Assembly: GCF_036321535.1 (NCBI RefSeq) | Contig: NC_087436.1 | Location: 122,142,001-122,206,000, forward strand | DNA length: 64,000 bases | Direction of reading: 5' to 3' | Origin: Camelus dromedarius | Taxonomy: Eukaryota | In this document: one piece after another, positions 61,283 through 64,000 of the stretch | Numbering within the stretch: position 1 is the first letter of the stretch | Layout: each line of letters starts with the position of its first letter | The notes under the pieces: generated by a model | The model's database searches: none | What the model was told of the DNA's origin: nothing | What the model saw: only the letters and a program-made list of their open reading frames with translations | Program-made: the position numbers and the translations under genes

Positions 61283-64000
61283 GTCAGTGAGCGAGCGGGT
61301 GGCCAGCCCGCCAGGGCCCAGCCCAGCGTGGACCCACCTTCCCCAGTGCTCGGGGTGGAGGTGGGAGGGTGGGAGGGTGCTGTCCTGTGAGTCGGCTGGG
61401 CCAGTGCCTTGCATGTGTCTGGATGTGGCGAGCATGCCACCCCCAGCAGGGGGGCCCCTTGGCCAAGCTGCTCTCGGCTGTGCCTGGGTAGCCCTTTGTG
61501 GGACTGGGGCTGGGGCTGTGCAAGGCAGCCAAGGACTCGCTCTCCTTGAGGCGTGGTGAGGTCTCCCCAGGTTGCCTGGTGCAGAAATGCGGCTCCCCAG
61601 CCCTCCTCTTGGTGCATCTGGACCCCTTCTGGTGCAGCCCAAGGGGCACCATGCGCAGCTGCCCGCCCAGAGGTGGGTGGGCCCCACAGCCCCACCCTGG
61701 AGGCAGGGGCGGCCCTGCCCTGCAGCCTCCCCAGGACGTGGCCCTCTTAGCTCTGTCTCTGCCTCGGTTGCCCCTGCAGTGCACATCCTGAATGCGGCGT
61801 CCTGGTGTCTGGGCAACAAGGAGCCCTCGTCCCCCACTCTGCTGGCCCATAGCCACCCCTCCGGGGCACCCGAGGTCCTGGCCCTGGTGGGGGTGGGAGG
61901 GGGTGGGCTCTGCTCCGGAACCCAGGCTCCCTCCCTGGCGGCTCACCTGGACGTCCCCTAGAGAAGCGAGTGCGTCAGACCCCGGAAGGCCTGGCTCCCT
62001 CCCTCCCTGGTCTCCTTGTATTGTTGCCTGCCCCACCCTAGGGACCCCCAGGAGGGACATGGCCTTGGATGGGCCAGAGTGGGCCTGCCCTGCCGAGGGG
62101 CCCTTCGTGGGTGGTCAGTGTGTCCACTGCGAGGAGGAGGAGCTGTGGCGGGGCCAGGGGCTGTGAAGCAGTCTCCCCAGCGCCACCCTGAGGCGGCGTG
62201 CTCACTCCCCCTCATCCCTCGGGTGTGGCACCTGCAGAGGGGCCAGCTGGGCTCTCTTCCCGACACCTTTGGGACAGAGGGACCTGCTTGCCTATGGCCG
62301 CCTTTCCCATCTTGGCTTCCGATGCAGCTGTGCGTTCTCGGGGCACACGGCTTTCTCCTTGTCTGAGACCTTTCATCTTTCTGTCACAGCTTTGCCTTTG
62401 CTTCTTCAACTCTTTGCTCCTGTTCATTTTGACTTTTGAGCCTATGTTCTTTTGGTGATTTCAGCACCTTTGTTCAGAAGTGTGTCCTGAGCGAAGGCCC
62501 TGCTTGGGAGTGCAGGGCAGCGTCGCAGAAAGGAGACGGGAGGAGCGGCCTGGGCAGGGCCCCGGGCACGAGAGGAGGGTCAAAGCCCCGCCCTGGGGCC
62601 CGGGCTGCCTGCTCTGCTCTGGTTTCTGCTCTGGTTTCTGCAGACCTTGAGCAGGCGACCTCTCGCTGGGTTTCTCCCGCCAGCTCTCCCTGCTGCTGCT
62701 CCCTCCCCAACATGCGCAAGCCAGTGCCATCCAGGGCTCTTCATGGCTTTCTGCTGGGGTCCTGAGTCCGTGGTTTCTGTGGGGTAAAGTGGGAAAGAGG
62801 GTCCGCAGCCCAGGCTGGCTCGCCATCCTGGCTGTACGTCCACGATGTCTTGTGTCCGGGAAGTCCGGTCCGCTCCCCGGTTCTGAGGGGTTGATAAGGA
62901 AGCTGACGTGAGGCTCAGGGCTTTGGGGGACACTTCTTACTCAGGAATTCAGTGACCTGGCTGGTCATCTCTCCGCCACCGGCCCTCTGTTGTCTTCAGG
63001 AATTGCTTTTCATGACAAAACACATTAACCACATCGTGCCACTTAAGAAACCAAAGCAGGCGGGCGTGCAGTGCTGGGGCCATCTACACTGTGTAAACTT
63101 GAGCTGCTCTTCCTGAGATAATAGAAGAGGTAGGAAGGGCAGACGCGGGCCAAGCGCGAGCTGGTATCTGCCTGGAGCACCGTGGCTGAAACATGACACT
63201 GGGAGGCTTGAGGCACCTCATCCAGTCGCCCGAAGGGCCCCCACAGGCTGGAGTCGCAGGGCAGCCCCACCCCTGCCCACAGGCTCAGGTAGGAGGGCAG
63301 GTGCGCTGCTGACCCTGAGCTCCGCTGTAGCCCAGAGAGCTCACCCGGCCTCACAACAAGCTGTCAGCATGGGTGGCCTCCCTCCCTTCCGACATGGAAT
63401 CTCCACGCAGGGCCTTTGTAGTTATCAGAACATATCAGAGCTGGAGAGAAGCCTTGAAGACTGTTGGCGCCAACACCTGAGCAAAGAGAAGGGAACTGAG
63501 GCTCAGAGCACAATGTGCGTGTCCAGGTTTGCGCAGAGCTGGACCAGCACCGGGCCCCCCGCGAGCGGCAGCTCCTCCTTGCCCCGGCCTCACGTCGGGG
63601 ACCTTACCCCACCTGCTTCCCCAGTCTGGACGGTGGTGGCCGCCTCAGGAGGACGCTTACTGTGCTCCTTTGCTCTTGGGCACAGGGACAGCAGGGCCGG
63701 TGCAGGGGTGTCTGTGGAACACGGGGTCGTCTGCTGACCACACCAGCTGCCCTCTGCCTCTGACCACCTTGCAATATACAGCAACCCGAGGGCACCTGTG
63801 ATCAGGCCTCCTCGCTCCGTGGGCACTGGCTCTCCAGGCCTCAGAAAGGGGCGGACCAGGTGCCCAGGGCCCAGGAGCGGCAACAGGATCAGCCAGGCAG
63901 TGAGGAGTGGCCCAGAGGGGCTGGAAGGGCAGCAGGGCCTGGACTTCCCGTGACAGGGCAGCAGGTAGAGAGGGCTCGGCCACTTCTAGGCCCTGCTCCC

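Noticed and set aside
62612..62641. 12-bp tandem duplication TCTGCTCTGGTT
   Set aside because: About 2.5 copies, an ordinary slippage product.
61283..64000. POLN motif C exon (LVAQIHDELLFEV)
   Set aside because: Not found by eye. It most likely lies beyond the window, so its absence is not evidence of pseudogenisation.

Overview
Mammalian genomic DNA, most likely camelid (alpaca/camel), judged from four tRNA-Ala-derived SINEs. The window lies inside the 3' half of POLN (DNA polymerase nu, family A) on the + strand. Seven GT-AG coding exons (17718-17775, 18723-18800, 19715-19829, 49125-49207, 54589-54720, 58801-58911, 61204-61282; 656 nt) splice in frame with no stop. They give [218 protein letters not shown], containing motifs A and B. 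The upstream exons and the motif C (HDE) exon were not found and presumably lie outside the window. The rest is intron, rich in repeats: a 26-copy 40-bp minisatellite, many L1 fragments of several ages, a TA-flanked 3.3-kb Tigger2-family DNA transposon nested in an L1, a MaLR LTR-internal-LTR relic, solo LTRs, L2/MIR relics and SINEs. The most unusual item is a TSD-bounded 2.7-kb half-L1-like retroposon (L1 5'UTR plus ORF1, no sense ORF2, own polyA signal and tail). Short tracts of old repeats also show strongly AT-to-GC-shifted sequence. Almost all ORFs in the supplied track are spurious or repeat-derived. I see no convincing new multi-gene system. Repeat family names come from recall of consensus sequences, not a database search, and most repeat boundaries are approximate.
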